Assembly: GCA_023515725.1 (NCBI GenBank)
Contig: JALDTO010000206.1
Location: 176,442-240,441, forward strand
Source of the DNA: Amoeboaphelidium protococcarum X5
Taxonomy: Eukaryota > Fungi > Aphelidiomycota
Reading direction: 5' to 3'
DNA: 64,000 bases
Of the stretch, positions 25,203-40,326 are shown in pieces. Within the stretch, counting starts at the first letter, position 1; every line of letters starts with the position of its first letter. A program made the translations under genes and the position numbers. The notes below the pieces were generated by a model. It saw nothing but the letters and a program-made list of their open reading frames with translations, was not told where the DNA came from and made no database searches.

Positions 25203-26389
25203 TCAATGTCTCAAAGGTAGACTGCCCACCTTGGGCGGTAAAATTATGCGAGAGTTTCGTTTCCAAAACTCTACCAATACTCTTGCAGTCTCTTCAGGTT
25301 TGTCCTCATGCACATAATGTCCTACATTGGTGAGAATGGTCATTTGGAATTTGCCTACATTTTCATATATCAAATTTACAAATTGAAATTATAATAATTG
25401 AGGTGCACAATTAAATACCTTGTATTTACGCAATGGTCAAAGTCTTGTCCAGCCGATCAGTGTTGGCGATGATCAACAATTTGGCAGCTTTGACTCTCAA
25501 GAAATTGTCAGAGAGTCCAGTAAACCATTCTACATTAGATCGCATATTTTAATGGAGATTTTATCTTTAAAATACTAAATAGATACTAACATATCCAAAA
25601 CGGTTCAGTTGCAGACAGATCAGTCCTCCACTTAAATTCACCACTGTCTTGCTTGATTAAAAGAGACGGCATAGATACTTCTGCCTACTTTTTATTACGC
25701 GTCATTCCGTGCGATATACTACAATTACAACAGGTGAAAAGATTTGATTAATTAGTATGGAAAAGATTGATGCTCACCTCCATTCTACGGCTTCGTTGAT
25801 ATTATGAAATTTAGATGGGCGCGTTTGGATGTAAGACTTCATGTATCTGATGGCATCTAAAGCGGTTCCTTCCACCACATCAATCATCACTATTCCAATG
25901 ACATTGCGCCAGCCTGACTGCAAGGCAACTTGTACCATCACAGGTGCACCCATACTACAACAATAAATTCGTGTGTTTAAGTTTGATTAACACAACTGAA
26001 GGAACATGCAGTTACCTGTGACCAACCAGAATCACATCATACTGCTTCATCTACTCGGGGGAGTAAACAGCTGAAACAATAGCAATGGCATCATCTGTCA
26101 ACTGTTATAACTCCAATGGGCCAGAATTAACAGAGTCTCCATGCCCGCGAGCATCAAAACAGAAAACTTCACCGTAACTCAAATTGTTCATTAGTGCAAG
26201 AGACATCGTGGCGAACGACAGCGCGGATGATCCAGCGCCATGATGGCATATAAATAAAGGTACACGCTCTCCCTCTTTTAACTACTGTGCAGGAGGTTTC
26301 GTATTAACATAACATTTAAATTGATCTCCGCCATCATTTCCAGTTGCTACTGTTAATTGTTTAGTAAAATACTTATCCACATCACTCAT
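25203..26389 (-). CDS. PPE1: PP2A methylesterase PME-1/Ppe1 (introns 25355-25418, 25530-25590, 25719-25777, 25955-26015)
   Basis: HHGAGSSALSF, FDARGHG, GHSMG nucleophile, TDRLDKTLTIAQIQGKFQ and GHYVHED. Confidence 0.9.
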
Positions 26390-26499
26390 AATGAATTAAA
26401 AGTGTCTTTAAAGAGGGCAGGAGTGCGACTATAAACAAATCAAAGAAGTTCATCTATGATAAAAAAAGAGTCAAAGACTGAATAAATAAAATAAAACAA

Positions 26500-27504
26500 T
26501 CACGACTTTTTAGGCATACATTCACCATCTTCAAGCCGGCGGATAATGACACAATCAGAAAGTTAGTTCTCAATATCGCCATGCTCGTACATGTAGGAGC
26601 AAGCTATGGCAAGCTACTTTCCATCACTACTAAAACTCAAACTAGCTATAGAGTTGGTGAACTAAAACTACTTGATTCGCTTTCTCTTGGCCCCATCCCA
26701 AACAGATACATTATGATCAGATCCACCAGTGAGAAATGTACCATATTTCGGATGGAAAGTGAGAGCATTCACCGGGTATATGGTTTCGGTACCATCAGCC
26801 TTTACGCGGTGACAACGAAACGCGTACTTTTTAGCCTGAGTCTCCGCATCTGTACCGATAAGGTCTACCGCCACTCTGCCTTCTATAGATGAAGTGACAT
26901 AGCATTGAGCATCCGGACTGAGACATACACATCTAGTTTGATGTTTGAGAGAGGATTCGCGTTTCTAAATAGGTTTTAAATCATCCAAATCGTCCAGTTA
27001 TCGACCAGTCATAAAACAGGACAAATCAAAGATCCATATGGCGCGATCACTCATGGCCACCACCAAAATATGCTTTTATAATGACATTGAATACACTTTA
27101 CCTGGAAGCTATATACTCTTCTAGCCACCAGTCTTTAAAGAGTAAAGTATCAGCGTCTTGTCCCAACTACCGGAAATGACGATCTGAGCCATGCTGAAAA
27201 ATTCCACACATTTCACACCATCCTTATGCTAGTAAAGCTCTACGTTATTCCCAGACATAAAATCATACTTGTAAACTCCACCATCTAAACATGCAGCAAT
27301 AATCTCAGTCTCTACGTCAGTGCATGAGACATCCAGAACAGAAATTTGAAAATCAAAAGTCTTGGGCTTCTCACACACATCTTGGTAATATTTCACCTTG
27401 CCATCCCAACTAGAACTTATCAATGAATCAGAATTTTAATTAAATCGTACTCTAGTAATCCCATCACTATGAGTATCTTTCAACTAAAACTATTACTGGC
27501 TCAT
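26500..27504 (-). CDS. BUB3: Spindle checkpoint WD40 protein Bub3
   Basis: SSWDG, SGSWDKT, RESSLKHQTRC, SSIEGRVAV, KKYAFRCHR and YPVNALTFHP. Confidence 0.9.
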
Positions 27505-27679
27505 ATTGCCAGAAGGTTGTAATACAAAAGCAAACAAGAATTTAGTTCCAAATGATAAAAAGACAAAAAGAAGCGTGCTACGTGTCTCGTTTCAAAAGGA
27601 AGTGATCGCGTAAATGCAGCTGTTTTAAAATAATTCACCTACTCATCTATCTATCCGGCAAAAATATCTATTCGCCGTT

Positions 27680-28276
27680 TCACTCTTTCATTTGCAAATC
27701 TTCGCCGTTAATAGTCTTTGACGCGTCCTTCTATTTCTTTAAAGTGATCGTCTTGATAATATCAATGCATTGATAATCGCCATTCCATCCCTGGAGCACT
27801 GTAACATTCTTGGCATTAGTCAGATCTGGCATTACAAAGCCAGCATTTTCATATTCATTCACATCTTTCTATCGCATCATTTCAAGAAGGGTTAGACGCG
27901 GTGGCTTTGACCTTCTAACACTTCCATGCACTCTTGACTGTTGCAGAGACTCGATCTCGCCATCATTTCTCTCAATGTACAGCTGAATTAGAGAATGGCA
28001 TTACTGCACTGACAGTGACTGTTACTACAACTTTCCCAATTCTTTCCTAAACCACTTCCATTTCTCTACGATGGGCAAAATCTTCTCATCTTTGTGCTGC
28101 TTCTTCACCGAGTTGATCCTCTTTACACGCGCCTATACACGATTAATCTGGGCAGCTTTACGCGAAAATGGATGGATCTTATCACCTTTGATATCTTTCA
28201 ATGATTTTTTACTGTTATTAGGCTACAAATGATATAAAAATATATAATTCATATGTAAATATGCAGATCTTACCAT
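27680..28276 (-). CDS. TMA16: Translation machinery-associated protein 16 (intron 28223-28273 directly after ATG)
   Basis: IHPFSRKAAQ, YIERNDGE and GFVMPDLT...WNGD. Confidence 0.85.
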
Positions 28277-28365
28277 GTTGACAATTTTTTACCTTGTTTT
28301 CTTTTATCAGATTGAAAACACAGGGATCCTTAAAAACGCCATTAAAAAGTAAGAATTAACAAATC

Positions 28366-29133
28366 ATGGGACTGCTCACTATCCTAAGGAAAATCAAGTA
28401 GAAGGAACGTGAAATGAGGATCCTCGTTGTAGGATTAGACAACGCTGGGAAGAGTACAATTTTATACAGTTTTGAATAGCTTCAAACTACCACTGAACCT
28501 GCTCAAAAGTGTGATGAAGTCGCTGACATGATTGGTAATCTGAATCTTGATCACGCAAAGATATCTCCGACTGTTGGATTTTAGATCAAATCGTTCCTAC
28601 ACAAGGCTGGCTATCTATTAACGATATGGGATATAGGTGGCTAGAGGAGTATACGTCCTTATTGGCGAAATCATTATGCTCAGACAGACGCTTTGGTATT
28701 TGTCATTGATGGAACGGACCGCGAGCGATTGTTGCCCGACAATAATGAGAACGTTGTTAACGCCGGTGAAGATTAGGCAGTTATGTCCGTAGGTAGTACC
28801 GTTCTGGAAACGATGCAATAAGTCTTAGGTGATGATCGTACCGGCGGCGCGTCTCTACTTATCATGGTTAATAAAAGTGATGTATCGGGAGCAATGACAC
28901 CAGCATAAGTACAACAAGCTCTTCAGTTGGATAAGTGGCTTAAAGGGAGAAATTACAAGATTGCAGCGTGTAGCGCATATACCGGGCAAGGTATAACGGA
29001 AGGTTTTGACTGGATAGTGAAAGATGTATCCAGTCGTCTTTATCACAATCACAATCATCATCATCACGCGACCAGAGTCAGCGGCGCCTCCTCATCGCCT
29101 AATCAAAGCGAGGAACTTTCACACCAAGGTTGA
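28366..29133 (+). CDS. ARL2: ADP-ribosylation factor-like GTPase Arl2
   Basis: MGLLTILRKIKQKEREMRIL, GLDNAGKST, WDIGGQ (Q=TAG at 28642) and NKSD. Confidence 0.85.
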
Positions 29134-29312
29134 CATTTATGGCACCAATCAATAAAGTCTTTGAATGGAAAGAATGTAAATATAAAATTAGAAAATTACT
29201 CCTACCGTTTTTATTTCGCTCGTATTATATCAATATTAATGATGATAATGATGATGAATAGAATCAGACTAGACGCCCAACACCACCACTTTCATCATAC
29301 CACCTGACACTC

Positions 29313-29954
<642 letters not shown>

Positions 29955-30594
29955 CTATGAGAATGTATATTGTGATGATGAATGATAATAAGTGGATATA
30001 ATAGTTACATTATGCGAATCAGTCAACCAACTTAACAAAAGTTTGAATGAACAAAGTTAAAAGAAAGAACGTCGTTGTTGTTCGTCTTTGGGTGTTGACG
30101 CTCTCTTCTTTTTGATGAGCGGAGTGGAGTGTTGCGAGGAAGAGCGAAAGAGACAGAGAGAGAGAGAGAGAAGGAACAAAACAGCGAGACGACGGAAAGC
30201 CACGACACGACCGAGCGGCAAAAATTTTCTCTGAGGGAACGAACGAACGAAAACACACGAACGTTGTGATTTTGCGATTGAGGGACTCACCAATGTTTAA
30301 GGGTCATGTCTTCGATTCGTCACATGTATTTGACTCTTACAATCGCTGGACGGACTATTCACCTGATTATCCCATTTGATCTTTACTTACACATGGTTCT
30401 CCCTTTGAGACACGCAATGTTTGCGTAGTAAATGAATGAATATTCAAAAGCGCGCCATCCGCTGGCTTACGTGCATTGCCTCATCCCTGATCAACACTCA
30501 ACAACAATCTTAACTTCAAACGTCAGCGCGATTCTCTCATTTCTATCCTTTTATTCTGTGACCTGGCAACTAAACAAATTACTAATTGATCGGC

Positions 30595-33029
30595 ATGTAA
30601 TTTGATAACACTATAAAGAACGAGTACTTGCCTATCGACCAATATGGGTATGCTTTTAGTTGATACTACATTTTCACGATTGCTAGTCTATCAATAATCC
30701 TATTATTATCATATGTAGTGTTATTGGCAATTTGAGAACATGTGCTTTAGTGGGCATGGATGGAAGTATCGATTTCTTGTGCTATCCCAAGTTTGATTCG
30801 TCATCGATATTCTGTAAGATCCTGGACAAGGACAAGGGTGGTCACTTCAGTGTCAAGCCTATACATGGCGCTCAATGGTCACCTTTTGACATGCATGGCA
30901 CACCGGCCACTGAGTGCATGCAGTAGACGGATAAGAAGAGGGCTGATTATTTTGACACGAACCAAGATGGTATCAGTGATGAACCCAAGGATAATGATCT
31001 AAAATACCAATCCACGTCATTCTCATCAAAGCAGTAGTATTTCCCTCAGACCAACATGTTGCTGACAAGGTTCCTCTCAGAGAATGCTGTAGGACAAGTG
31101 ACGGATTACATGCCTCTTCCATACTATTAATCTCAGGGTAAAAGCAGCAGTGGTGCGGTGGTACTTCCTTGGATAGCGAGGCATGTTGACGTCGTTCGTG
31201 GTAGAATCAGATTCCGTATCGAGTGTTTCCCTGCATTTGAGTATGGCACCAAGAGTCATAAGACGTCGATAAACGCTCCAGTTACTTGTGATGGTAATGG
31301 CGATGGCTTTCGTGCACCGCATGCAGATAGCTGTAATATTAGCAACTATAATGAACTTGCAGATTAATGGACTCCATTTAGAGAAGGAACAATGTAGAAC
31401 AATATTGTCCTGTTTGAGTCTGAGGATGGTGAGCAGGTTTTCGAATTGTGCGCACTGGTCAAGTATTCTGATGATGAAGATTATGATCCAGAGGTGGATG
31501 GCAAGTTTTATGAGACTGCGCTTTGTCCCCTGCTAACTTGGAAAAAGGTTAAACGTGATGGTATGCTGGGAGAAGGTGTTGTGGGAGAGATTACTCTGTT
31601 TGAGAGATAAGAACTAATTCTGGTATTCCGTGAACACCCTCAACTGTCCAAACGTGCAGTGGAGACTCATTAAATATGTTTGAAATCTGCTGTTAATAAC
31701 CCAGTTAAATCCAAGTCTGATTAGCAAACGCGTAGTATTGACCCTTTGCTGTTTGATCCGCCATTAACAGTGGGCCTTCTAAACCAGCTCAGACATATGA
31801 CACATGAATATTGGCTAGGATGGAGTGAGAAGTGCAAGTACACGGGTAGATGGAGAGAGACGGTGCTGCGCAGTGCTTTGACTCTTAAGCTTTTGACATA
31901 TGCTCCAACCGGTGCTGTTGTTGCATCACCAACATTTGGGCTACCTGAATCTGTTGGCGGTGTCAGGAACTGGGATTATCGGTTCAGTTGGGTTAGGGAC
32001 TCTGCTTTCACCATCTACGCATTCCTCAGAATTGGATTTACAGAGGAGGCTAAAGATTACTGGGATTTCATGTAGAAGCGATGCAATGACTTGAATCCGG
32101 ATGGATCGCTGAGTATCATGTACACGATCGATGGTAAGAAATACATGCCAGAGAGTCAGCTTGACCATCTGGAGGGTTATCGTCAGTCAAAGCCTGTCAG
32201 AATAGGCAATGCTGCACAAGATCACCTTCAGTTAGATATCTATGGAGAATTGATGGATGCTGCGTACTTGTACAACAAGTTTGGATCCCCAATTTCGTAT
32301 GATCTATGGTGTTCACTGCGCAGACTTGTCGACTATGTGTGCGACAATTGGGATAGACCGGACAATAGTATTTGGGAGGTGAGAGGTGAGATGAAGCACT
32401 TCACCTACTCTAAAGTGATGTGCTGGGTAGCGGTAGATCGTGGCTTGAGATTGTCAGAGAAACGGATGCTTCCATGCCCGGACAGGTAGCGATGGTTCCA
32501 GACTAGGGATAAGATTTATGAGGACATTATGGAAAAGTGTTTTGACAAGCAGAAGAAGACGTTCACACAATGTTATGAGAATAATCTACTGGACTGTGCT
32601 TGTCTCATCATGCCTCTGGTGTTTTTCATATCCCCGTCTGATCCCAGATTTACCAGCACTCTACGTGAGATATGCAAGAGCCCCGAGAGAGGCGGACTTT
32701 TGATTAATAACTTTGCACTGAGATATGATCCAATCAAGTCGATGGATGGTCTACCTGGGTAGGAGGGCACGTTTACAATGACAACTTTTTGGCTGGTGGA
32801 GGCTCTTACCAGGGCAGGGAAGTATCACACTCCATTCCTGCGCAAGGCTCATTTTATATTTGAACAATTGCTAAGTTATGGTAATCACCTCGGTCTATTT
32901 AGTGAAGAGATTGCTAAATCTGGCGAACTTTTGGGTAATATGCCTTAAGCATTCTCCCACATTGCTTTAATAAGCGCCGCGTATAATCTTGATAGAACTC
33001 TGTCCGGAAAGGGCACGAACTCTAACTGA
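30595..33029 (+). CDS. Glycoside hydrolase family 15, trehalase/glucoamylase-like (intron 30648-30718)
   Basis: [45 protein letters not shown] and GNMPQAFSH (Q=TAA). Confidence 0.9.
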
Positions 33030-33112
33030 AATTGTAATGCTTTAAAAAGTATTTGATAATATAACTTACAACTGTAGTTTATTTATCTCAATATTTGTCT
33101 TAATTCATCAGC

Positions 33113-36100
33113 TCATAAAATGCCATTGCTGTAATACTAAAAGTTGTCGTACAACTTGGTGAACATATTATTGTAACTTGCAAGGATCATTTTATCCACA
33201 TAATCTTCCAACTGCTTTTCGGTCAATGATAACTAGAAGCGATCTTTCAGCTGCTGTAATATGACCACAGGATTACCTTGAAAGCACGGAAAGTTGGAAT
33301 CTTTCATCATCAACTCCACCAAGAGAATGATCTTGTCGGAATGCTTCCTCAGAGCATTGAATGCCTAATTCATAAGCTAACGGAATTCCTAATACATACG
33401 CGAATTAAAACCTCCCAACAAGTCCACATATTCACTCAACAACTTGAATGGTGCACTCTCAAACTAAACGTTTCCTGGCGAGTTTCCAAACATGAAGCCA
33501 AAATCAATGTGCACAATATGACCATCATTAAGCAGAAGGATGTTACCATTATGTCGATCTTTAATATTCAAGATATAAGTGACCAAAGAGTATCCCACAA
33601 GACTTTGCATAAACTTGCGCTGAGCATCCTTGAATGTCTGAGATGTTATTGCGCCATAGGTGTTTATGTAATGATCAAAGATTGTATACGGTTTCCCCTT
33701 CTAATACAAACCGCCGGCATAAGCATTGCGCTTCATCGAGTGCACGGATATAGAATTTGGAATAGTTTCAATTAGACCAGTGGAATTAGATGTGATTAGT
33801 ATGCCATAAAATAGAATGTGGGCATCAACAGCTTCCTCGATCCAGATATTCTTCACCTCTTTTATCAGTTACAAAGCCAGCTATTCCTGCCTGAGATCAG
33901 CGCCAACTTTCACAATACAAGACAACAACCTCCAGTTGGGATGTTGACCATACTAAGACTGAGTTCTTACTCGATTCATTTTACTTTCCCAACTCTCTTT
34001 AAACGAGACAGCGGATGGATCATCTTTCAGATTAGCCAATGATTAAATAATCTACTCATCTGTGGTGAGAATACTCTCAGTATCAGACATTACAGCTTAA
34101 ATTGAACCGCGATGATCTAATCCATTGCCACCGTCTGGACTAATCTAAGTCTGATACTATTAAAGTGCCTGTTATCGAATTTATTCCAAGTGCTGCATCT
34201 CTTGCAGAATCTTTTCCTATATTATTTTTTAATCTGCAGGCTTAATAGGAGAATTTGGCATAGAGAGCTGGGCCAGCATAATTGCGGCAGTTCTAAGCTT
34301 CGGATAATGATCACTTTCTGGTGTAATGTGAGCAGCAGATCGACTGGACGCCTCTGCAGCGATGCTAATACGTCTCTCCACCATCGGACTAACATTATTA
34401 TCGAATCCATTCTACAGTCTCTCTTACAACACTTCATTCCCAAAATGCAATTGTTATTCAGATTCATCATATTTAAACATGTTCTTTGATAACATTTAAA
34501 CAGGACTCATCGGGATAAGCTCTTCTTCCTACTGATCTTGCATTAAATCGCCATTAGATTAATTCTATGTAGAAGAAGAACTCAATGTGGAATGAATCAA
34601 ATTTGAAGTCCTCCGACTATTAGACTTTGACTACTTTGTACTAACAATAGATAGTTCTTGCAATTCTTCAATGTCCAAATCAGCTTCGATAACTTCGACC
34701 AATATCAAGTACGGCACTCTATCAGCACTATTCAACACAACGCCTTCATCAACGACAATTCGCACAATAGAATGATGATAAGAGCATTAGCCCTCAACAT
34801 GGCAACACCATAGAGGCAGGCACACCTTGGCTGGTAGATTGTGATTCAACAGGGCCAGCTCAGCTTTAAGAGAACTCTACCTTATCGGTTTGGGCAGTAG
34901 AAGCAGACGATCAGCAATTGAATTCAAAGCATAGATAAACTGCAGCTCTGAATGGTAATAATGCTTAGACTAAGCCAACTTATTCCTCTACCACATATGC
35001 ACCGTTGCTGATGACTATCTTCTCTACTGAACCTTAGGCTGATGATTACTCTATTGTTCTCTGGCAACAGCCATTTAGGACTACGGTTAAGATTAAGAAA
35101 GTTAACTCTATTGTTAAGCCTAACTCTACTATTATGCCATGCTTTAAGATGAAGTAATCACAGCAGACTCAGCGGTAAGCTCAACAACATCATTCACATT
35201 TAGCACTTCCAAATCGTCGAAACTGTTCAAATCCACTTACTTTACAGCATGTCGCGGTCTTTTCAAAGCAATTTCCGGACTACTAGAAGAATGTAAAGAT
35301 GACTTTGTTCGATGCACAAACTACTTGAAAGAGAAAGCATCTCCTTAGTGCAACTCTTCCAATGATGGAGAAGACTTGACAACTTTCTATGGCTGTAAAA
35401 TAGCCTTTTTCACTCGGTCTAATAAAAGCAGAGCCTTCTTTCCACTCTAGATACTATTTCGTCTAAACTGACTCTATAAATCATCTTAAGGATTTTAATC
35501 TAGTTTAGTATAGGATGAAGACAGAATCTTTTTGCTGCCATTTTTACTCCCCGCATTCTTCCCATCGTCCTAGTTGTTACTATGATCAGATAGATTCAAA
35601 TGTTGCAAAGACTTCATTACATCAATCTGCATTTATCCCTATCTAATAGCCATTGCCAGTGCACCATGAACTTTAGCTGAATCTGCGGCAGATGCTGCCA
35701 CCATACTCATGCCAATTATCATTGAAGCAATATTCCCATTAACTTTACGAGATTATTTCCCCACACCTTTAATACTACCATTCTTTAAAACCGACAACGA
35801 TTAATAAGACTATGCTTAACGCATGTGCACTTGAGATTATTCATTATTGGTATTACCACCGGCATTGATATTAAAATTCAATTAATTGCCAGCATCATGT
35901 TCATCATCAGCATCATCATTGTGAGGAGATAGAATGGATAGACATTAAGAATGAAGTTCGTGACAAATTTACACAGCTTCTAAATTCTTCAACTCGGGAA
36001 TGTAAGCATCCAAGTACCAGTACATAAGAAGGACAAAGTGGGTGGATCTATGGCAACATTCAATGAGAAAATCCTGCAATGCAATAGACTTTTACGGATA

Positions 36101-36432
36101 AAACAGAACCAAATGTCTACAAAGATTCAATGACCACGTCAATGATAATAATAGTCATTATACTTCTAGATACAAACAGAGTAATTAAACAAGCTTACAA
36201 TAATTGTGGAAGTAGAAATTCAATCTCTTATACGGGAAACTCTTTCAATCTATGGCAGAGATAGAACTGCACGCCGATATTGTCAATATGCTTATAAAGA
36301 CTACACTTACTTACGCAAGCATTAATTGTACCGGAACTGATGATTCGAAACAGAGCAATATACTTACTATGAGACTGCAAGCCATGTAGAGAAGAATTAT
36401 GACTAGAATAATCGCAAAAGTAACTGAGACAT
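33113..36432 (-). CDS. PIK1: Phosphatidylinositol 4-kinase III beta / Pik1 (introns 36117-36198, 36301-36367)
   Basis: KVGADLRQE, KDRHNGNILL, HIDFGFM, GFESAPFKL and C-terminal LYDNFQYYSNGIL. Confidence 0.9.
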
Positions 36433-36659
36433 GATACTGATATGGATACGACAAAGTTGAACCGCTTGATTTCTCTCAGTTACGGCCCGCCCGCAGAAAG
36501 AAGAAGAAGAAACGATTTTAGAACGAACGACGGACCGGAAAGTAATGCCTACTGCGATTTTGAAGGTGAATCGATCCAATCTCTAAGAGAACGCTAATCC
36601 TTTAATAAATAACCAGAGTATATTGAATTCATATGGAGTATATTTTATAGAATGATAAT

Positions 36660-37226
36660 TCAAACCATAGATGTTTTTACACGATCCTTCTCAACGGATT
36701 CAGCCTTCACCGCCAGCTTTGGATCAGGCAGACAGTACAGCGCGACGTGAGTATGCACCGTGAGCCAGCGCATTGCGTACAAAGCAATGGTCACAATTAA
36801 GAGCAGGGTGTTATTAGCGATAAATTGCTTAAGTACAAAGTTGTCCAGATAAGTCCAAGACACGATACTGAGCAAGTACCACGTAAAGTCGTTCTCCGAC
36901 CATTGATTCACAGGCTTGAAACTGAGGTAGACGAAGATCGCATTGCCGACCACAAAGATTGGCACTATTATGAATAAAGCAAAGATTAAGCTCTTGGATG
37001 TCCATAGAAATGCAGTTATTAGAACGATGACAGGTGCAATTAGCAAGGAGAGGATAAGATAGCACGCCACATTGAATAGTAACATGCCGCGATATGATCC
37101 AGTGGCAAATAGAATTAAACCACCCATTGCCATTAGACTGGCTTGCCCAAAAGCCAATAGAACAGGCCACCACACCAACAAATCGATTGTATACTCTGCA
37201 AGTAATTACGCGCCAATAAAATCCAT
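36660..37226 (-). CDS. Multi-pass membrane protein (188 aa), tandem paralog A
   Basis: About 5 hydrophobic segments; shares motifs with the adjacent gene at 37486-38061. Confidence 0.75.
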
Positions 37227-37485
37227 TTCAAAATTGGGTAAATATGTAATTTTGCAGTAGATTCAAAAACAAAATAATCATATACAGTAATAGTGGTTCG
37301 TCGCTTACTTTAGCTCGTATTCAACCGCATGGTTAGTTTTGAATCGATTACCTGCTTATAAAGCGAAGATACTAGGTGAATGTGGTTGAAAATAAAAGAA
37401 TCGAGCGTAGTTACATTAAATGTATTAAGATATACCTGTGTATATTTCCATACAGTTCATTGATTTTCAAGTACCGTTTTCAAAA

Positions 37486-38061
37486 TCAAACCACCTGCAT
37501 TGTCTTCAATGGAACCTTTTCATCGCGATCAACAATTTGGGACTTAACGTCAGGCTCAGGCAAGTTTCCGTAATCATAGAGCTTCTTGTAAACCAGTGCC
37601 CATCTGACCACGTATAACGCGATAGCAGATGGCAGTAACAGCTACTCAGGTACAAAAGCATTTAATGTGATGTTATCCAAGTAAGACCAGGTGGCAATAG
37701 ATAAAAAGAACAGAATGTAATCGCGTTCAATCCATTTATCGACAGGCAATATGCACAAGTACGGAAATACAGCGTTACCCAAGATGAAGCACGGCGATAA
37801 TAGAAGTACCACTAGATAGCCTTAGTTCGTAACAATAAGTATGGCGACAATTACAATGAAGACGGGCGCAAATACCAAGCACATTGCCAACGATATCGAA
37901 CCCAAGACCAAATTTTCGGCGCGCTTGTTCTTACCACCACTACTCAAGATGCTGTATCCATATAGCACAAGGATTACAGCTTAAATCACCGACCCTACAA
38001 CGGGCCAAACGTACATTGGGTTAATTTTGTTCCCAATAAACTCCACGCTAAGATAGTCCAT
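37486..38061 (-). CDS. Multi-pass membrane protein (191 aa), tandem paralog B
   Basis: ATG to TGA with TAR=Gln. Shares WPV, APV, GNA.F.YL..PV..W.E.D, W.YLDN, ALY..RW and LP.P with paralog A. Confidence 0.75.
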
Positions 38062-38336
38062 TCCAATTTGTGTTTATAAGTGATCACTTGACTAAAGGGG
38101 AAAAACAAAAGAGGAGAATACGTTGTAAGTGAAGATGTGCGCCACGCAACTTTAAAAAATCTCCCAAGCTTCTACACGGTATAATCCCATAAATGATGCC
38201 ACAGCTATGAAAAGACACAGATCAAAGACCTTTTGATACACTTTACCATTTCAATAGTGTCATGAAATCTAATCGTAATGATTTTAATTTTGAAAGACTA
38301 TAGTATGGTGGATTGTTAATGGTATAAATTGTTCAC

Positions 38337-39467
38337 TCAAAATTTTATGTTAAACTTGCCTGCAGCATCTTTGACAAAAACTTGAGATTCGGTAACGATA
38401 CAGTCTATCAGTTCGTGTGGTGTGACATCGAAAGCCGGATTCCAAACATTGATACTCTTTGGAGCTGTGTTTACTTGCTGCAATTCTCCATCTTCACTTA
38501 AACCAGTTACATGAGTAAGTTCTTTATGCGGTCTTTCTTCAATCTGAATATCAGAACCACTCTGAGTATTGAGATCGACAGTCGTTGACGGAGCCACCAC
38601 CATAACCTTCACTCCGTGATACTGCGCAGCAATAGCAAGTTGATAAGTACCAATTTTGTTTGCGGTATCGCCATTAGCAGCGATTCTATCAGCACCAACG
38701 ATGATAGCGTCTATTGGACCACCAAATTTCTGCTGAGCTGTCTGAAGTAAAGAACTCACCATATTGTCACAAATTAGAGTTGGCTGAGGCAGAGAGTCAG
38801 TAACAAGTTCGTAAGCAGTCAATCGGCTACCTTAATTATAGGGACGCGTCTCTGTACAAAATACTTACTCCAAGTGGCCGAGTTCATTCAACCGCCTGAT
38901 AACACCCAACGCCGTACCATATCCACCAGTAGCTAAAGATCCTGTATTGCAGTGAGTCAAAACGCGTAATTTTCTTCCCTACTACTAACATTAAGATATC
39001 AACCAATCTGCGCCATTGCCGCCCATAGCTCTACAATCTTGGGTATCCTTCTCAAACAGATCTGTGGCAAACTTCTCCACAAATTAGATCAACTCCTAAG
39101 CATTGTTTATGGAAAGATCAGATAACTGAACGCGTAATCTGCTGGCAGCCTCAAATAAGTTTACAGCAGTCGGTCGACTCTTGACAATGTAGTCCAAATG
39201 TTCCTTAATCTTCACAAGTAATTCAGAGGCATCCACCGCTTGATATTCCTGACGATGTACCTCAACAGCCAAGGACATCATTGCAACAATTGCAATCGCT
39301 GGCGCACCTCTAACCTTCATTGATTTGATTACATCGAACCCATCTTTTATCCCGCTCACACTAACATAGATAGATTTATGCGGCAACTGCAATTGATCTA
39401 AAATCCTCAGAGAGTGACCCGCCTAGTCATACACTATCGCTTACAACTTGTCATTGATTCCTGTCAT
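38337..39467 (-). CDS. MRI1: Methylthioribose-1-phosphate isomerase
   Basis: [48 protein letters not shown] (Q=TAA) and [11 protein letters not shown]. Confidence 0.95.
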
Positions 39468-39628
39468 TTTCTTCAGATTTGACGCGTAATATATTCGGTT
39501 TGAAGACTAAAAGAGAGCGAGAGCGGGAGAGAAACGTCCAATTGCAGCAATTGAATAAAATGTTTGTTTCTCCTGATCACAAATCTATAATACCTAATAC
39601 TTTACTATTTCTGGGCAAATACTCTGTC

Positions 39629-40187
39629 ATGGTTAAGATTAGCACGTAAATTATTATCATTATATATTGTACATGTCTTTACATATAATATACATTATGA
39701 TTGTAGATAGGATAACAAGATTATTGATGTTGACCAAAAGGTTGCATGTATGAGTGTCATCGTGAAAGACATGCTGACTGATTTGGGCGACGTGCCAGAG
39801 CAGCCGATCCCAATCCCCAATGTGAGCTCTGAAGTCTACCAACTGATTCTGGAATGGTGTGAGCATCATAAGAATGACACTCCACCAGCTGAAGAAGAGA
39901 ATGAAGTCAAGTACAAGAATAGTGAAGACATTGCAGAGTGGGATAAGCAGTATTTGAAGAAAATTTGTCCAACTGATCAACAGAACGAGTTGCTGTTCAA
40001 AGTCATCTTGGCTGCTAATTACTTGGACATTAAACCACTGCTTGATCTTGGCTCCAAGTGCGTGGCTAATATGATCAAGGGAAAGACTGCAGAGCAGATT
40101 CGCTAAACTTTCGGTCTAGTCAACGACTTTACTCCGGAAGAGGAGGAGGCTATTCGCAGAGAGAACGCCTGGGCCGACTTTGATTGA
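39629..40187 (+). CDS. SKP1: SCF subunit Skp1 (intron 39646-39706)
   Basis: IPIPNV, EWCEHH, LAANYLDIKPLLD and NDFTPEEEEAIRRENAW. Confidence 0.95.
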
Positions 40188-40326
40188 TTGGTTTGGTAGT
40201 TGATTGGTTCCATATCTATGAAAGTTGGCAAATTGCAGTGAATTGTAAAAAAAACAAACGCGTCATAATATAGCATGAGAAATTATTCTGCATTATATAT
40301 TCACAGTTTCAATCAAATCACTACTA

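Noticed and set aside
33278-34489. Plus-strand ORFs of 74-165 aa
   Set aside because: Antisense shadows of the PI4-kinase gene. The same applies to 40531-41043 (NSE4) and 52704-53114 (MMUT).
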